Source of the DNA: Synechococcus sp. | GTDB taxonomy: Bacteria; Cyanobacteriota; Cyanobacteriia; PCC-6307; Cyanobiaceae | Assembly (NCBI GenBank): GCA_047284725.1 | Contig: JBJBEO010000001.1 | Coordinates: forward strand, 2,072,203 to 2,136,202 | Reading direction: 5' to 3' | Length of the DNA: 64,000 bases | In this document: positions 11,096-23,045 of the stretch, piece by piece | How positions within the stretch are numbered: the first letter of the stretch is position 1 | Layout of the letters: each line of letters starts with the position of its first letter | Made by a program: the position numbers and the translations under genes | Notes under the pieces: generated by a model | Told to the model about the DNA's origin: nothing | The model's input: only the letters and a program-made list of their open reading frames with translations | Database searches by the model: none

Positions 11096-11827
11096 ATGCC
11101 GACCCTAGGCACACCTCTCTCTCCGGAACTCCTGCAACCTGGCAGCGTCTGGGCCCTCTCCACTGCCGTCAACGGATACGCGAGGGTCACGGGCACGGGG
11201 CTGGCTACCCAAGCAGCGACAGGCCGTCGCTTTGAAGTGCTGAGCCCCCTTGACCAAGGCCGCGTGCACGTTCGCCTGCAGGAAGACGGCTACCCATGCT
11301 GGCTGGACGTGGCGGATGTGATCGGCCATGCCACCGCCAGCCCCCATTGGAGACCCCGGCTGCTGGACAGCGCAAGCATCACGGCTCGACTGCCAGGGGT
11401 GCTGGACTGGGTGGCGGCGGCGGCCGCACAAGACAACACCTACCTCTGGGGAGGAAGCCTGGGGCCGAATCTCGACTGCTCGGGACTGGTGCAAACCGCC
11501 TTTGCCAGCCAGGGGATCTGGATCCCACGCGATGCCTACCAGCAGGAGCGGTTCTGCAGGCCTGTCGGGGTCTACCCAGGCAATGACAGCCTGCTGCGAC
11601 CGGGAGATCTGCTGTTCTTCGGCACCGCGAAACGGTGTACCCATGTGGCCATCCATCAAGAAGGGGGCATCTACTGGCACAGCTCCGGCCGGGAGCATGG
11701 TCGCAACGGCATCGGCAGCGACAGCATCCACCCCCGTGACCAGCATCCGGTCGCCTGTCATTACCGATCAGAATTACGGGGAGCGGGCAGGGTCGAGCGC
11801 TGCCATGACGGCACCACCCTGGAGTGA
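11096..11827 (+). CDS. NlpC/P60 (C40) cell-wall peptidase
   Basis: YLWGG...DCSGL...PRDA..Q...GDLLFF...HVAI. Confidence 0.92.
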   Translation: MPTLGTPLSPELLQPGSVWALSTAVNGYARVTGTGLATQAATGRRFEVLSPLDQGRVHVRLQEDGYPCWLDVADVIGHATASPHWRPRLLDSASITARLPGVLDWVAAAAAQDNTYLWGGSLGPNLDCSGLVQTAFASQGIWIPRDAYQQERFCRPVGVYPGNDSLLRPGDLLFFGTAKRCTHVAIHQEGGIYWHSSGREHGRNGIGSDSIHPRDQHPVACHYRSELRGAGRVERCHDGTTLE

Positions 11828-11872
11828 TCAGTCTCTGTGGGCCTAAGTTGCCCTCACTGATCCAACGATGGG

Positions 11873-12847
11873 ATGGTCCCCACCCCCGCCTCCACACTTG
11901 ATCTTTCGGTGGTGGTCCCCCTCTACAACGAGGAGGAGAGCCTGCCGGAATTGGTGGAACAGCTGCTGAAGGCCCTGCGACCGACCGGAGAACGGTTCGA
12001 GCTGGTCTTGGTGAATGACGGGTCCAGCGACCGCACCGCCGAGGTCCTCGAACGACTGAGTATCGACGTGCCTGAACTGGTGGGCGTGCTGCTGCGCAAA
12101 AACTATGGCCAGACGGCAGCGATGGCGGCTGGATTTGATGTGGCCGGAGGTGAGGTGATTGTGAGCCTCGATGGCGATCTGCAGAACGACCCCGCCGACA
12201 TTCCTCTGCTGCTTTCAACCCTGCGAGAGGGCTATGACCTTGTCAGTGGTTGGCGCCATCAACGCCAGGATGCGGCGCTGCAACGCAAGCTCCCCTCCAG
12301 AATCGCCAACCGGCTCATCGGCAGGGTCACAGGCGTTCGCCTCCACGACTATGGCTGCTCTCTGAAGGCCTATCGAAAGGAGGTACTGGCGGATATGCGG
12401 CTCTACGGAGAACTGCATCGCTTCCTGCCAGCACTTGCGTTCATCGAGGGCGCTCGGATCACCGAAGTGCAGGTGAACCACCGGGCAAGGCAATACGGCC
12501 AAAGCAAGTACGGCATCGACCGCACCTTCCGCGTGCTGATGGATCTGCTCACGGTCTGGTTCATGAAACGCTTCCTGACCCGGCCGATGTATGTGTTCGG
12601 GTTCGGAGGGCTGCTGGCGATTGCTGGCAGTCTGCTGACCAGCACCTACCTCCTGGCCATCAAGCTTGGAGGCGCGGAGATCGGAAACCGCCCCCTTCTG
12701 ACCCTGGCCGTGGTCCTTGGCCTGGCCGGCATTCAGCTGTTCTGCTTCGGACTGCTCGGAGAACTGCTGATCCGCACCTATCACGAAAGTCAGGATCGGC
12801 CGATTTACCGCATCCGGGCCACGTTGCGTGGCGGTCGCGCGACCTGA
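11873..12847 (+). CDS. Glycosyltransferase family 2 (ArnC/DPM1-like)
   Basis: PLYNEE, NDGSSD, DGDLQNDP, two C-terminal hydrophobic helices. Confidence 0.93.
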   Translation: MVPTPASTLDLSVVVPLYNEEESLPELVEQLLKALRPTGERFELVLVNDGSSDRTAEVLERLSIDVPELVGVLLRKNYGQTAAMAAGFDVAGGEVIVSLDGDLQNDPADIPLLLSTLREGYDLVSGWRHQRQDAALQRKLPSRIANRLIGRVTGVRLHDYGCSLKAYRKEVLADMRLYGELHRFLPALAFIEGARITEVQVNHRARQYGQSKYGIDRTFRVLMDLLTVWFMKRFLTRPMYVFGFGGLLAIAGSLLTSTYLLAIKLGGAEIGNRPLLTLAVVLGLAGIQLFCFGLLGELLIRTYHESQDRPIYRIRATLRGGRAT

Positions 12848-13278
12848 GGAGCCGGGGGGCACGTCGCACCACGGCGATTCTCGAGCGCCGACGCTGCAGC
12901 TTCGACAACACGGCTGTCTGAATCCCGCAACCCGCGGCGAAGCAGGTCGAGCACAGACCGATGCCCCCATTCCCCCGCAACGATCACGGCCTCAAGACGC
13001 TGATCGGGACCTGAGCGCATGGCCTGGCGCAGGCAGCGCTCGAGCGAGAGGCGTTCCGCCGTGGTCGCAGGAGGAGTCCATGCCCCATCGGACTCTCTGC
13101 TCGCCTCCACAGCTGCCACCGCTTGCTGCACCAGCTCCACCTGGGCTCGATTCAAGGCGACAACACGCGAGACATCGATGCTGCGCAGAACGGTCTTGCC
13201 GGGCCGGCGACTGACCGCAACGAGCACAGCCGTGAGCACCACAGCTGCCGCACCACCGATATAAGCCTGGGACATCAC
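12805..13278 (-). CDS. Membrane-anchored HEAT-repeat-like protein
   Basis: N-terminal hydrophobic helix; LLRRGLRDSDSRVVEAAASAL HEAT pattern. Confidence 0.75.
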   Translation of the reverse strand: MMSQAYIGGAAAVVLTAVLVAVSRRPGKTVLRSIDVSRVVALNRAQVELVQQAVAAVEASRESDGAWTPPATTAERLSLERCLRQAMRSGPDQRLEAVIVAGEWGHRSVLDLLRRGLRDSDSRVVEAAASALENRRGATCPPAPQVARPPRNVARMR

Positions 13279-13393
13279 GACATTGGCCCGAGATCGGACC
13301 AGCTGGATTGAACTTTTATGTCGCCGGGAATCCCGTGAAAGGGTAAGCCCAGCAAGGCGACTCTAAAATCCCATCGACACCCTGGGCTTGATC

Positions 13394-13510
13394 ATGACTG
13401 GAGATTTTGCAGCAGCTTGGCTGCCTGTGATGTTCGTGCCGATGATCGGAATCGTGTTCCCGGCAGTCTTCATTGTTCTGGTTGGTCGTGCGATCACCGC
13501 TGCCGAATAA
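13394..13510 (+). CDS. psaI: Photosystem I subunit VIII (missing from ORF track)
   Basis: Manual translation MTGDFAAAWLPVMFVPMIGIVFPAVFIVLVGRAITAAE*; directly upstream of psaL. Confidence 0.93.
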   Translation: MTGDFAAAWLPVMFVPMIGIVFPAVFIVLVGRAITAAE

Positions 13511-13563
13511 GCGCTCGCACTCGCATCTGAAGAGAAACCTCTGATCCAAGCCATCACACTTCC

Positions 13564-14055
13564 ATGACAGTCACCCCTCCCTCCGATCCCTGCGTCGGCA
13601 ACCTCGCCACTCCCGTGAACAGCGGGTATTTCATGAAGTGGCTGATCAACAACCTGCCCTTCTACCGCCAAGGGATTTCACCCAACTTCCGGGGAATCGA
13701 AACAGGTGCTGCCTTCGGCTACCTGCTCTATGGCCCCTACACCATCTGCGGCCCTCTCCGGAACACCGAGTACTCCGCCACAGCAGGCCTGCTCGCCGCC
13801 ATCGGCGCCGTGCATCTCCTGACCCTCCTGTTCCTTCTGTACAACCAGCCTGGCAAGCAGCCGCACGTTCCCCCGTCAGACGTCACTGTGGAGAACCCTC
13901 CCGCTGACCTGTTCACCCGCAACGGCTGGTCTGAGTTCACCAGCGGTTTCTGGCTCGGCGGTTGCGGTGGTGCCGTCTTTGCCTGGCTGCTCTGCGACAC
14001 GCTGCACGTTCAGGATCTTGTCAAAGTGGCTGCCGGAGTTTGGAGCGTCAGCTGA
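13564..14055 (+). CDS. psaL: Photosystem I subunit XI
   Basis: [33 protein letters not shown]. Confidence 0.96.
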   Translation: MTVTPPSDPCVGNLATPVNSGYFMKWLINNLPFYRQGISPNFRGIETGAAFGYLLYGPYTICGPLRNTEYSATAGLLAAIGAVHLLTLLFLLYNQPGKQPHVPPSDVTVENPPADLFTRNGWSEFTSGFWLGGCGGAVFAWLLCDTLHVQDLVKVAAGVWSVS

Positions 14056-14124
14056 ATCGAACTGAAAGGACGGTGGTCTAAACAACGTCCTGGACCGCTG
14101 ACCTCAGAGCTCTTCAAGGATTCC

Positions 14125-14156
14125 GCCCCTGGTGCCATCACGCACCGGGGGCTTTT
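14125..14156 (+). terminator. Terminator of psaIL
   Basis: GCCCCTGGTGC-CATCAC-GCACCGGGGGC-TTTT. Confidence 0.8.
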
Positions 14157-14175
14157 CACTGTCAGGATCTGATCA

Positions 14176-17100
14176 TTGTCTCGGTCTCAGTCACCGACGG
14201 TGCGATCGATCTCGCGTCCATTTCTGCGCCGCCCTGTCTTCACTGTGGTCTGCAGCCTGCTTGTGCTGCTGGCCGGCCTCGTCTCACTGGCAGGACTTGG
14301 GCTGGAGGATCTGCCGCAGCTGGCACCGACACGGGTCAGCGTGCGTGCCACGTTCCCGGCCGCCGGCCCGGAAGTGATCGAACAGAGCGTGACCTCCATT
14401 CTGGAGCAGCAACTCAGCGGGCTCGAGGGCCTGGAGAGCATGAGCTCCAACAGTCGTCAAGGCGGGGCAAGCATCAGCCTGCGCTTCGAGGACGGCGATC
14501 CAGAGATCAATGCCATCAAGGTGCAGAACGAAGTGAACCTGGCCACACGCCGACTGCCGCAGGCGGTCAGCCGCCAGGGGCTCACGGTTCGTCGCTCCTC
14601 CGATGACATTCTGCTGATCCTGGGATTCAGCGCCCCTCAGAATCTGTATGCACCGACATTCATCGGCGGCTGGCTTGACCAGAACCTCCGCAACGCCTTG
14701 CGGAGCACTCCGGGTGTCGGCGATATCCGAATCTTCGGGAGCAGCGATCTGGCCTTCCGGCTGTGGCTCGATCCTCAGAAGCTGGAACAGTTCGGGCTGA
14801 CCACGAACGATGTGGTCAGCGCCCTGGGTGAACAGAATGTTCTGGCCGCGATCGGCCGGCTCGGTGAAGCACCGGCCAGACCCGGTCAGGTGTTCAGCCT
14901 GCCGGTGGAGGCAGAAGGTCGACTGCGGAGCCGACGCGACTTCGAAGCCATGATCGTCAGCCGCACCAGCAGCGGTGGGTTGATCAGGCTCAGCGATGTG
15001 GGCCGCGTGGAGCTGGGCAAGACCAGTTACGGCAGCAGCGCCCTGAACCTTCAGGGCGAACGCACGGTGGCGGTTGGGATCTACCAGCGCGATGGCGCCA
15101 ATGCCCTGGCCGTGAGCCGCGCTGTCAACCAGGCGTTGAAGCAACTGGAAACCAGCTTCCCGCCTGGACTCGCCATGCAGGAGATCGTGGATGTGGCAGA
15201 CACCGTCCAGGCCAACCTCGATCGCACGACCGCCACCCTGCGGGATGCCGTGGTGTTGGTGCTGGTTGTGCTGTTGCTGTTTCTGGGCCGGTGGAGGCTG
15301 GCATTGATCCCGGGTCTTGCCGTTCCCGTAGCCCTGATCGGCAGCCTGAGCCTGGTCAAGCTCAGTGGCTCCAACATCAACAGCCTGATCTTGTTTGGCC
15401 TGGTCATGGCCACCGGCATCGTGGTGGATGACGCGATCGTGGTGAGCGAAGATATTGCAGGGCGGATCGAGAAAGGGGCTGACCCGCAGAGCGCTGCCGA
15501 AAACGCCATGGTCGAGCTTGGTGGGGCTGTGGTCGCCACCTCTCTGGTCCTTGCGGCGGTGTTTGTCCCCGTCCTGCTGATTCCCGGTTCCATCGGTCGG
15601 TTGTACGAACCGATCGCCCTGGCGATCAGTGGCGCGATTCTCTTCTCCACGTTCAACGCACTCACCTTCACGCCGATGGCCTGCGCCAGGGTGCTGGGCC
15701 CCGGTGGTGGACGTCTGCCCGGTCCAGTGCGACGCCTGAGTGAAGGACTGCGCAAGGGAATGGGAATACTGCAGGCCCGATACAACGTGATCCTCACGAT
15801 CTGGCTTCGCAAACAACGCCTGATGCTGGCGTTGCTGCTGAGTGGTCTTGTGATCACAGGGCTCAGCCTTGCGGTGATGCCAACGGCCTTCATCCCCGAT
15901 GAAGACCAGGGCCAGGTGCGTGGTTATTTCACGCTCGCGGATGGCGCCAGTCTGGAACGTACCGAAGCCGTGATGGAAGCGATCCGGAAGACCGTCGCTG
16001 AGGAATCCCTGGTGCGCACAGGCAATTTCTACGCGGGGAGTTCGTTTGGACAGAGCGGTGAAAACACCGGATCGTTCTATCTGCGCCTGAACCCTCAACG
16101 GGAACGGCGAGGACCTGGCCAGAGCAGCGAAGCGGTGAAGGACCGCCTGAACGCAACCCTTCGCGACAGGATCAATGACGCCAGGGTGATCGTCACGACA
16201 CCGGCCACCGTGCGAGGCTTCAGCAGTGAATCGGGACTGCAGATGCAGCTGCTCGATCGCAGTGGAGGACAGCTGAGCCTCGAGGAGTTTGAGCAGCAGG
16301 CACAGCGCTTCATCCAGGCAGCCCAGTCAACAGGTCTGTTCGAACGCGTGGGCACACGGTTCGATGCCACCTCACCTCGCTGGAAGCTTGACATCGATCG
16401 GGATCAGATGGCGGCACTCGACCTTCCTCTGGAGCGGACCCTACGGGACATCGGCACCGCCATCGGCGGGCGATACATCGATGACACGTTCGAGGGGGGC
16501 CGGATTCGAACGATCTACGTGCAGCTGGAGGGCAGCGAACGCTCTGAACCCTCCGACCTCACCAGCCTGATGGTGCGCAATCGTCAGGGAGAACTGGTGA
16601 GCATCAGCAATGTGATCCGGGTCTCCAGGGCGGAAGGGGCCAGCAGCATCGCCCACTACAACCAGGATCGATCGATCAGCATCACAGCCATCACGGCCGA
16701 CGGCGTCAGCACAGGGCAAGCGATCGACCGCCTGGAGTCAATGGCCAGAGACGAGACAGGGACCAATCTGGGACTGAGCTTCACAGGACTGGCCAAGGAG
16801 GAGACACGGGCCGAACGGATGTCATGGATTCTGTTCAGCCTTGGCCTGATCGTGGTGTATCTGCTTCTGGCGGGCCTGTACGAGAGTTTCCTGGATCCTC
16901 TGATCATTCTGCTGACCGTGCCCCTCGCCCTTCTGGGAGCGGTGATCGGTCTGAAGCTCAGGGGGCTGCCCCTGGATGTCTACGGACAGATGGGCCTACT
17001 GGTGCTGGTGAGCCTGGCGGCGAAGAACGGAATCCTGATTGTGGAATTTGCCAATCAACGGGTGGCCCAGGGAATGGAGCGCGCGGCAGCGATTCGCGCG

Positions 17101-17334
17101 GCGGCCGTGAATCGGATGCGGCCGATTCTGCTGACGGCGGTCACATCTCTGGCGGGATTCCTGCCACTTCTGCTCGCCAGCGGCAGTGGATCAGCCAGCC
17201 GCATCAGTATCGGCACCGTGGTGTTCAGCGGACTGCTGATCTCCACCCTGCTGTCACTGTTCCTGGTTCCAGGCATGTATCTGCTGCTGAAAAGCGCCTT
17301 CGAGCCGCAAGCACAACAGACCGGGAAAGGGTGA
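14176..17334 (+). CDS. RND efflux permease (AcrB/HAE1 family)
   Basis: 1052 aa; GIVVDDAIVVSE, AKNGILIVEF, RMRPILLT. Confidence 0.95.
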   Translation: MSRSQSPTVRSISRPFLRRPVFTVVCSLLVLLAGLVSLAGLGLEDLPQLAPTRVSVRATFPAAGPEVIEQSVTSILEQQLSGLEGLESMSSNSRQGGASISLRFEDGDPEINAIKVQNEVNLATRRLPQAVSRQGLTVRRSSDDILLILGFSAPQNLYAPTFIGGWLDQNLRNALRSTPGVGDIRIFGSSDLAFRLWLDPQKLEQFGLTTNDVVSALGEQNVLAAIGRLGEAPARPGQVFSLPVEAEGRLRSRRDFEAMIVSRTSSGGLIRLSDVGRVELGKTSYGSSALNLQGERTVAVGIYQRDGANALAVSRAVNQALKQLETSFPPGLAMQEIVDVADTVQANLDRTTATLRDAVVLVLVVLLLFLGRWRLALIPGLAVPVALIGSLSLVKLSGSNINSLILFGLVMATGIVVDDAIVVSEDIAGRIEKGADPQSAAENAMVELGGAVVATSLVLAAVFVPVLLIPGSIGRLYEPIALAISGAILFSTFNALTFTPMACARVLGPGGGRLPGPVRRLSEGLRKGMGILQARYNVILTIWLRKQRLMLALLLSGLVITGLSLAVMPTAFIPDEDQGQVRGYFTLADGASLERTEAVMEAIRKTVAEESLVRTGNFYAGSSFGQSGENTGSFYLRLNPQRERRGPGQSSEAVKDRLNATLRDRINDARVIVTTPATVRGFSSESGLQMQLLDRSGGQLSLEEFEQQAQRFIQAAQSTGLFERVGTRFDATSPRWKLDIDRDQMAALDLPLERTLRDIGTAIGGRYIDDTFEGGRIRTIYVQLEGSERSEPSDLTSLMVRNRQGELVSISNVIRVSRAEGASSIAHYNQDRSISITAITADGVSTGQAIDRLESMARDETGTNLGLSFTGLAKEETRAERMSWILFSLGLIVVYLLLAGLYESFLDPLIILLTVPLALLGAVIGLKLRGLPLDVYGQMGLLVLVSLAAKNGILIVEFANQRVAQGMERAAAIRAAAVNRMRPILLTAVTSLAGFLPLLLASGSGSASRISIGTVVFSGLLISTLLSLFLVPGMYLLLKSAFEPQAQQTGKG

Positions 17335-17417
17335 TCTCTGAACACAGGCTGCAACAGTCGCCCCCCTAAGGTGTCGATCCGATCTCACGCGTCGCACGGT
17401 TACCAACGGCCTGAGCC

Positions 17418-18380
17418 ATGACCCTTACGCCTACTCCGACTTCTCACAGCAGCGAACAGGCTCAGTTCTTTGACTACGGATCCGCTGCCAATCCGCTTCA
17501 GAAAGGTCTGATCAGCCGGATTCCTTACCGCAGCTTCTCGGCGGATTTCTTTGATGGACAGGGTTGCAAGGTGCACCCGCTTGACCTGAGTGCTGAGCTG
17601 CAATGCGAGGGTCCGGCGACAGGTCCTTCACTCTGCGCGAACTTCATCCGTCTTGATGCCGGAAGCCTGCGCACCAGTGCCGACGCCACAAGCCAGCTGT
17701 TCTTCGTTGCGCGAGGCTCGGGCCAGAGCACGGTCTGTAGACGAACATTCCATTGGTGCGAGGGCGACACCTTCGTGGTGCCTGCGGGCGGTGACGCCGT
17801 TCACAGCAGTGAAGGACTTGCAGGCTTGTACTGGGTGCATGATGCTCCCCTGCTGCGTTACCTCGGTGTCAGCACCGTCAAGCCGGTGTTTGAACCCTGT
17901 TTTTACAGCCACCGCGATGCCCGGGCGGAACTGGCGGCAATCGCCAGCAATCCCCGTGGCGCCAATGCCAATCGGGTGAGCGTGCTGCTGGGGAACAATG
18001 CCTTCCCCCAGACCCGCACCGTCACCCACACACTCTGGGCGATGCTCGGAATCCTGCCTGCCGGTCAGATCCAGCGACCGCACCGTCATCAGTCAATCGC
18101 CCTTGATTTTGCTGTGGCCTGCAGCCCTGGCTGTTACACCATGATCGGCACCGAGCTCGACGAGAACGGACTGATCCGCAACGGCCATCGTGAGGACTGG
18201 GTCGCGGGGGCTGCGTTTGTAACGCCCCCCGGCTACTGGCACTCCCACCACAACGAGTCCGGTGCCGATGCCTACGTTCTGCCGATTCAGGATGCAGGAC
18301 TGCACACCTATCTGCGCACGCTCGACATCGCCTTCAGCAAAAGCGGCGGCACACTGAACACTCTCAGCCTCGATCCCTGA
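17418..18380 (+). CDS. Bicupin protein, gentisate 1,2-dioxygenase-like
   Basis: QRPHRHQS and FVTPPGYWHSHHN cupin His motifs. Confidence 0.75.
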   Translation: MTLTPTPTSHSSEQAQFFDYGSAANPLQKGLISRIPYRSFSADFFDGQGCKVHPLDLSAELQCEGPATGPSLCANFIRLDAGSLRTSADATSQLFFVARGSGQSTVCRRTFHWCEGDTFVVPAGGDAVHSSEGLAGLYWVHDAPLLRYLGVSTVKPVFEPCFYSHRDARAELAAIASNPRGANANRVSVLLGNNAFPQTRTVTHTLWAMLGILPAGQIQRPHRHQSIALDFAVACSPGCYTMIGTELDENGLIRNGHREDWVAGAAFVTPPGYWHSHHNESGADAYVLPIQDAGLHTYLRTLDIAFSKSGGTLNTLSLDP

Positions 18381-18433
18381 ATCCATCCCCCCTGATCTGA
18401 AGCAGTCAACGACCAGCGGCCATCCATCGCCAT

Positions 18434-18465
18434 AAAAAACCCCCGTCCGTTGATCGGACGGGGGG
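18434..18465 (-). terminator. Terminator of psaAB
   Basis: AAAAAA-CCCCCGTCCG-TTGAT-CGGACGGGGG on the plus strand. Confidence 0.85.
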
Positions 18466-18505
18466 AGGAACGACTCTTGACGAATCGAACGGCCTGAACG
18501 TTGTC

Positions 18506-20719
18506 CTAGCCGAACTTGCCTGAGGTGGAGGCGATCAGGAAGGCCGCATACGTGAGCACGTAGCCAACCGAGAAGTGTGCAAGACCCACAACACGAGCCT
18601 GAACAATGGAGAGAGCCACAGGCTTGTCACGCCATCCCATCATGTTGGCGATGGGGCTGCGCTGGTGAGCCCACACGATGGTCTCGATGAGCTCCTGCCA
18701 GTAGCCACGCCAGGAAATGAGGAACATGAAGCCGGTTGCCCAGACCAGGTGACCGAACAGGAACATCCAGGACCAGACGGCCAGGTTGTTGCTGCCGAAG
18801 GGGTTGTAGCCGTTGATCAACTGCGAGCTGTTGAGCCAGAGGTAATCACGGAACCAACCCATCAGGTAGGTGCTGGATTCGTTGAACTGAGCAACGTTGC
18901 CCTGCCAGATGGCGAGGTGCTTCCAGTGCCAGTAGAAGGTCAGCCAACCCACCGTGTTCAGGGCCCAGAAGACAGCCAGATAGAAGGCGTCCCAGGCAGA
19001 GATGTCACAGGTGCCGCCACGGCCAGGGCCGTCGCAGGGGAAGGAGTAACCGAAGTCCTTCTTATCGGGCATCAGCTTGGAGCCACGGGCATCCAGAGCA
19101 CCCTTGACCAGAATCAGGGTGGTGGTGTGCAGTCCGAGGGCGATGGCGTGGTGCACGAGGAAGTCACCAGGGCCGATCGGCAGGAACACATCGGTGTTGC
19201 CGTTGATGGCATCGAGCCAGTAATGCTCACCAGGGATGTTCTGGGAAGCAAGGCTTGCAGAACTAGACGCATTGGAAAGGAACACGTCCATGCCGTACAT
19301 GGCCTTACCAGAGGCGGCCTGCACGAACTGGGCGAACACAGGTTCAACCAGGATCTGCTTCTCGGGAGTACCGAAGGCAACAACCACGTCGTTGTGGACG
19401 TAGAGGCCGAGGGTATGGAATCCGAGGAAGAGGGAGACCCAGCTCAAGTGGCTGATGATCGCTTCCTTGTGCTCGAGCATCCGAGCCAGGACGTTGTCCT
19501 TGTTGGCTTCGGGGTCGTAGTCACGGATGAAGAAGATCGCACCGTGAGCAAAGGCACCGCACATCAGGGCGATGGCGATGTACTGGTGATGGGTGTACAG
19601 CGCTGCCTGAGTCGTGTAGTCCTTCGCAATGAAGGCGTACGACGGCATGGCGTACATGTGCTGAGCGACCAGGCTGGTGACAACGCCAAGGCAGGCGAGG
19701 GCAAGACCCAGCTGGAAGTGCAGGCTGTTGTTGAGGGTGTCGTAGAGACCCTTGTGACCAGCACCAAGGTCACCAGGGGTGCCCTTGGGTGGGTTGTGGG
19801 CTTCGAGGATCTCGCGGATGGAGTGACCGATACCAAAATTGGTGCGGTACATGTGACCAGCGATCACGAAGAGGCAACCGATGGCCAGATGGTGATGGGC
19901 GATGTCGGTGAGCCACAGAGCTTCGGTCTGGGGGTGGAAGCCACCCAGGAAGGTGAGGATCGCGGTGCCAGAACCTTCGGCGGTGCCAAAAATCTGACCT
20001 GTGGAGTCAGGGTTCTGGGCATACACACCCCAGTTACCGGTGAAGAAGGGCTGAAGACCTGCAGGGTGGGGCAGAACATTCAGAAAGTTGTCCCAACCAA
20101 CGTGCTGACCGCGGGATTCAGGGATGGCCACGTGAACCAGGTGACCGGCCCAAGCGATCGAGCTGAAGCCGAAGAGAACGGCGAGGTGGTGGTTGAGGCG
20201 TGATTCAGCGTTTTTGAACCATGCCAGGGAAGGACGGAACTTGGGCTGAAGGTGAAGCCAACCGGCAAACAGTGCCCAAGCCGACAGGATCATCATGAAG
20301 ATGGATCCCTGATACAGCTCGGCATTGGTGGTCATGCCGATTGTGTAGAACCAGTGATACAGGCCTGAATAGGCGATGTTCACAGGGGAGGAAGCACCCG
20401 CCTGAGTGAAGGCGTCGATAGCGCCTTGACCGAAGTGGGGATCCCAGATTGCGTGAGCGATCGGGCGAACGTGCAGGGGGTCGGCGACCCACTGCTCGAA
20501 GTTGCCCTGCCAGGCGATGTGGAACAGGTTTCCCGAAACCCAGAGGCCGATGATCGCGAGGTGACCGAAATGAGTGGAGAAGAGCTTTTGATAAAGCTTC
20601 TCCTCCGTCATTCCGTCATGGCTCTCGAAGTCGTGAGCCGTGGCGATCCCGTACCAGATGCGGCGGGTTGTCGGGTCCTGTGCCAGACCCTGGCTGAACG
20701 AAGGAAATTTCGTTGCCAT
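18506..20719 (-). CDS. psaB: Photosystem I P700 apoprotein A2
   Basis: [24 protein letters not shown] motif. Confidence 0.99.
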   Translation of the reverse strand: MATKFPSFSQGLAQDPTTRRIWYGIATAHDFESHDGMTEEKLYQKLFSTHFGHLAIIGLWVSGNLFHIAWQGNFEQWVADPLHVRPIAHAIWDPHFGQGAIDAFTQAGASSPVNIAYSGLYHWFYTIGMTTNAELYQGSIFMMILSAWALFAGWLHLQPKFRPSLAWFKNAESRLNHHLAVLFGFSSIAWAGHLVHVAIPESRGQHVGWDNFLNVLPHPAGLQPFFTGNWGVYAQNPDSTGQIFGTAEGSGTAILTFLGGFHPQTEALWLTDIAHHHLAIGCLFVIAGHMYRTNFGIGHSIREILEAHNPPKGTPGDLGAGHKGLYDTLNNSLHFQLGLALACLGVVTSLVAQHMYAMPSYAFIAKDYTTQAALYTHHQYIAIALMCGAFAHGAIFFIRDYDPEANKDNVLARMLEHKEAIISHLSWVSLFLGFHTLGLYVHNDVVVAFGTPEKQILVEPVFAQFVQAASGKAMYGMDVFLSNASSSASLASQNIPGEHYWLDAINGNTDVFLPIGPGDFLVHHAIALGLHTTTLILVKGALDARGSKLMPDKKDFGYSFPCDGPGRGGTCDISAWDAFYLAVFWALNTVGWLTFYWHWKHLAIWQGNVAQFNESSTYLMGWFRDYLWLNSSQLINGYNPFGSNNLAVWSWMFLFGHLVWATGFMFLISWRGYWQELIETIVWAHQRSPIANMMGWRDKPVALSIVQARVVGLAHFSVGYVLTYAAFLIASTSGKFG

Positions 20720-20741
20720 TAGAGGGAAAGGTCAGGAGAGG

Positions 20742-23045
20742 TCAGCCGACCACAAGAATGTGGGCGTGGAAGAAGGCCCACGTGGTCGCGATGCCGCCCA
20801 GGAGGTAGTGAGCGACACCCACGGCACGGCCCTGGGTGATGGACAGCGCACGGGGCTGGATGGCGGGAGCCACCTTCAGCTTGTTGTGAGCCCAGACGAT
20901 GGACTCGATCAGCTCCTGCCAGTAGCCACGGCCGCTGAACAGGAACATCAGGCTGAAGGCCCAGACGAAGTGGGCACCAAGGAACATCAGGCCGTAGGCG
21001 CTGGTGTTGGAGCCATAGCTGTTGATCACCTGTGCGGCCTGGGCCCACAGGAAGTCACGCAGCCAGCCATTGATGGTGATGGCGCTGTTGGCAAAGTTGC
21101 CATTGGTGATGTGCTGAACGGAACCGTCAGCATTCACCGTTCCCCACACATCGCTCTGCATCTTCCAGGAGAAGTGGAAGATCACGACGGAGAGGGAGTT
21201 GTACATCCAGAACAGACCCAGGAACACGTGGTCCCAAGCTGAAACCTGGCAGGTGCCGCCACGACCGGGGCCATCGCAGGGGAAGCGGAAGCCGAGGTTG
21301 GCCTTGTCGGGCACAAGCCGAGAGTTACGGGCGTAAAGCACACCCTTCAGCAGGATCAGCACCGTCACGTGAATCGTGAAGGCGTGGATGTGGTGGACCA
21401 TGAAGTCCGCAGTGCCCAGGGGGATCGGGGCAGCGGCGACCTTGCCACCGACGGCCACGACGGACCCGTTGAACACTTCGCTCACACCGGCGAGGGTGTT
21501 GGGAGCGGTGCTGCCGGCAGCAGCAGCGTGGATGCCCTGGATCCACTGGGCAAAGATCGGCTGAATGGAGATCGCCGAGTCACTGAACATGTCCTGGGGA
21601 CGTCCCAGGGCACGCATGGTGTCGTTGTGGATGTAGAGGCCGAAGCTGTGAGCTCCGAGCCAGATGCAAACCCAGTTGAGGTGGCTGATGATTGCATCGC
21701 GAGCCTTGAGCACCCGGTCGAGCACGTTGTCGACATGCTTGGCGGGGTCGTAGTCACGGATCATGGCGATGGCAGCGTGCGCTGCAGCACCAACGATCAG
21801 GAATCCACCGATCCACATGTGGTGGGTGAACAGACCGATCTGGGTCGGATAGTCGATCGCCATGTACGGATACGGAGGCATCGCGTACATGTGCTGAGCA
21901 ACCACGATGCTCACGGAACCGCCGAGGGCCAGGTTCACGGCCAACTGGGCGTGCCAGCTGGTGGTCATGAACTCGAACAGGCCGTCATGACCTTTGGAGG
22001 CAGGGAACAGAAGAGGATCACCCTTCTGGCCTTCAAGGATCTCCTTGATGGAGTGACCGATGCCCCAGTTGGTGCGGTACATGTGGCCCGCGAAGATGAA
22101 CATCACGGCGATCGCCAGGTGGTGATGCGCGATGTCGGTCATCCACATGCTGCCGGTCACAGGATTCAACCCACCCTTGAAGGTGAGGAAGTCGCTGTAA
22201 GCAGCCCAGTCCCCTGAGAAGAAGGCGCCGATGCCGGCACCGAAACCGGGATACAGCTGCGCGAGCAGATCCTGGTTGAAGAATTCATGGGGCAGGGGAA
22301 TGTCTGCCACGGAAGCGATGGTCTTGCCATTGAGCACCAGCGGCTGGCCGGCGTCGATGGCATCCATCAACTTGGTGGTGGGCAGAGACACGTGCAGCAG
22401 GTGGCCAGCCCAGGAGAGGGACCCCAGGCCGAACAGTCCGGCCAGGTGGTGGTTGAGCATCGACTCAACGTTCTGGAACCACTCAAGCTTCGGAGCTGCC
22501 TTGTGGTAGTGGAAAACGCCTGCATTGAGCATCAGGCCGGCCATCACCAGAGCGCCGATGGCCAGAGCCATCAGCTGCGTTTCGTTGGTGATGCCCCAGG
22601 CGCGCCACATGTGGAAGAGGCCGGAGGTGATCTGAATGCCTTGATGGCCGGCACCCATGTCACCGTTGAGGATCTCCTGGCCGAAGACGGGCCACACCAC
22701 CTGAGCACTGGGCTTCACGTGGGTGGGATCGGCGAGCCAGCCGGAGAAGTTGGAGAAGCGGGCTCCATGGAAGAAGGCACCGCTCAGCCAGATGAAGATC
22801 ACGGCCAGATGGCCGAAGTGAGCACTGAAGATCTTCCGAGAGACCTCCTCAAGGTCGCTCGTGTGGCTGTCGAAATCGTGAGCGTTGGCGTGGAGGTTCC
22901 AAACCCAGGTGGTGGTTTTGGGACCTTTCGCGAGAGCTCGGTCGAAATGTCCGGGCTTGCCGAACAGTTCAAAGGTCGCTGGATTGTCGACCTTTTCGAC
23001 CTGGCTCTTCGCGGTGCTCCCACGCTCTGGTGGGCTGATGGTCAT
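20742..23045 (-). CDS. psaA: Photosystem I P700 apoprotein A1
   Basis: MTISPPERG start at 23045; [15 protein letters not shown]. Confidence 0.99.
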   Translation of the reverse strand: MTISPPERGSTAKSQVEKVDNPATFELFGKPGHFDRALAKGPKTTTWVWNLHANAHDFDSHTSDLEEVSRKIFSAHFGHLAVIFIWLSGAFFHGARFSNFSGWLADPTHVKPSAQVVWPVFGQEILNGDMGAGHQGIQITSGLFHMWRAWGITNETQLMALAIGALVMAGLMLNAGVFHYHKAAPKLEWFQNVESMLNHHLAGLFGLGSLSWAGHLLHVSLPTTKLMDAIDAGQPLVLNGKTIASVADIPLPHEFFNQDLLAQLYPGFGAGIGAFFSGDWAAYSDFLTFKGGLNPVTGSMWMTDIAHHHLAIAVMFIFAGHMYRTNWGIGHSIKEILEGQKGDPLLFPASKGHDGLFEFMTTSWHAQLAVNLALGGSVSIVVAQHMYAMPPYPYMAIDYPTQIGLFTHHMWIGGFLIVGAAAHAAIAMIRDYDPAKHVDNVLDRVLKARDAIISHLNWVCIWLGAHSFGLYIHNDTMRALGRPQDMFSDSAISIQPIFAQWIQGIHAAAAGSTAPNTLAGVSEVFNGSVVAVGGKVAAAPIPLGTADFMVHHIHAFTIHVTVLILLKGVLYARNSRLVPDKANLGFRFPCDGPGRGGTCQVSAWDHVFLGLFWMYNSLSVVIFHFSWKMQSDVWGTVNADGSVQHITNGNFANSAITINGWLRDFLWAQAAQVINSYGSNTSAYGLMFLGAHFVWAFSLMFLFSGRGYWQELIESIVWAHNKLKVAPAIQPRALSITQGRAVGVAHYLLGGIATTWAFFHAHILVVG

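Noticed and set aside
14284..16098. Long antisense ORFs (also 18575-20203, 36365-37759, 56822-58237, 58234-59436)
   Set aside because: Shadow frames opposite well-supported genes, expected from high-GC codon bias; no recognisable motifs
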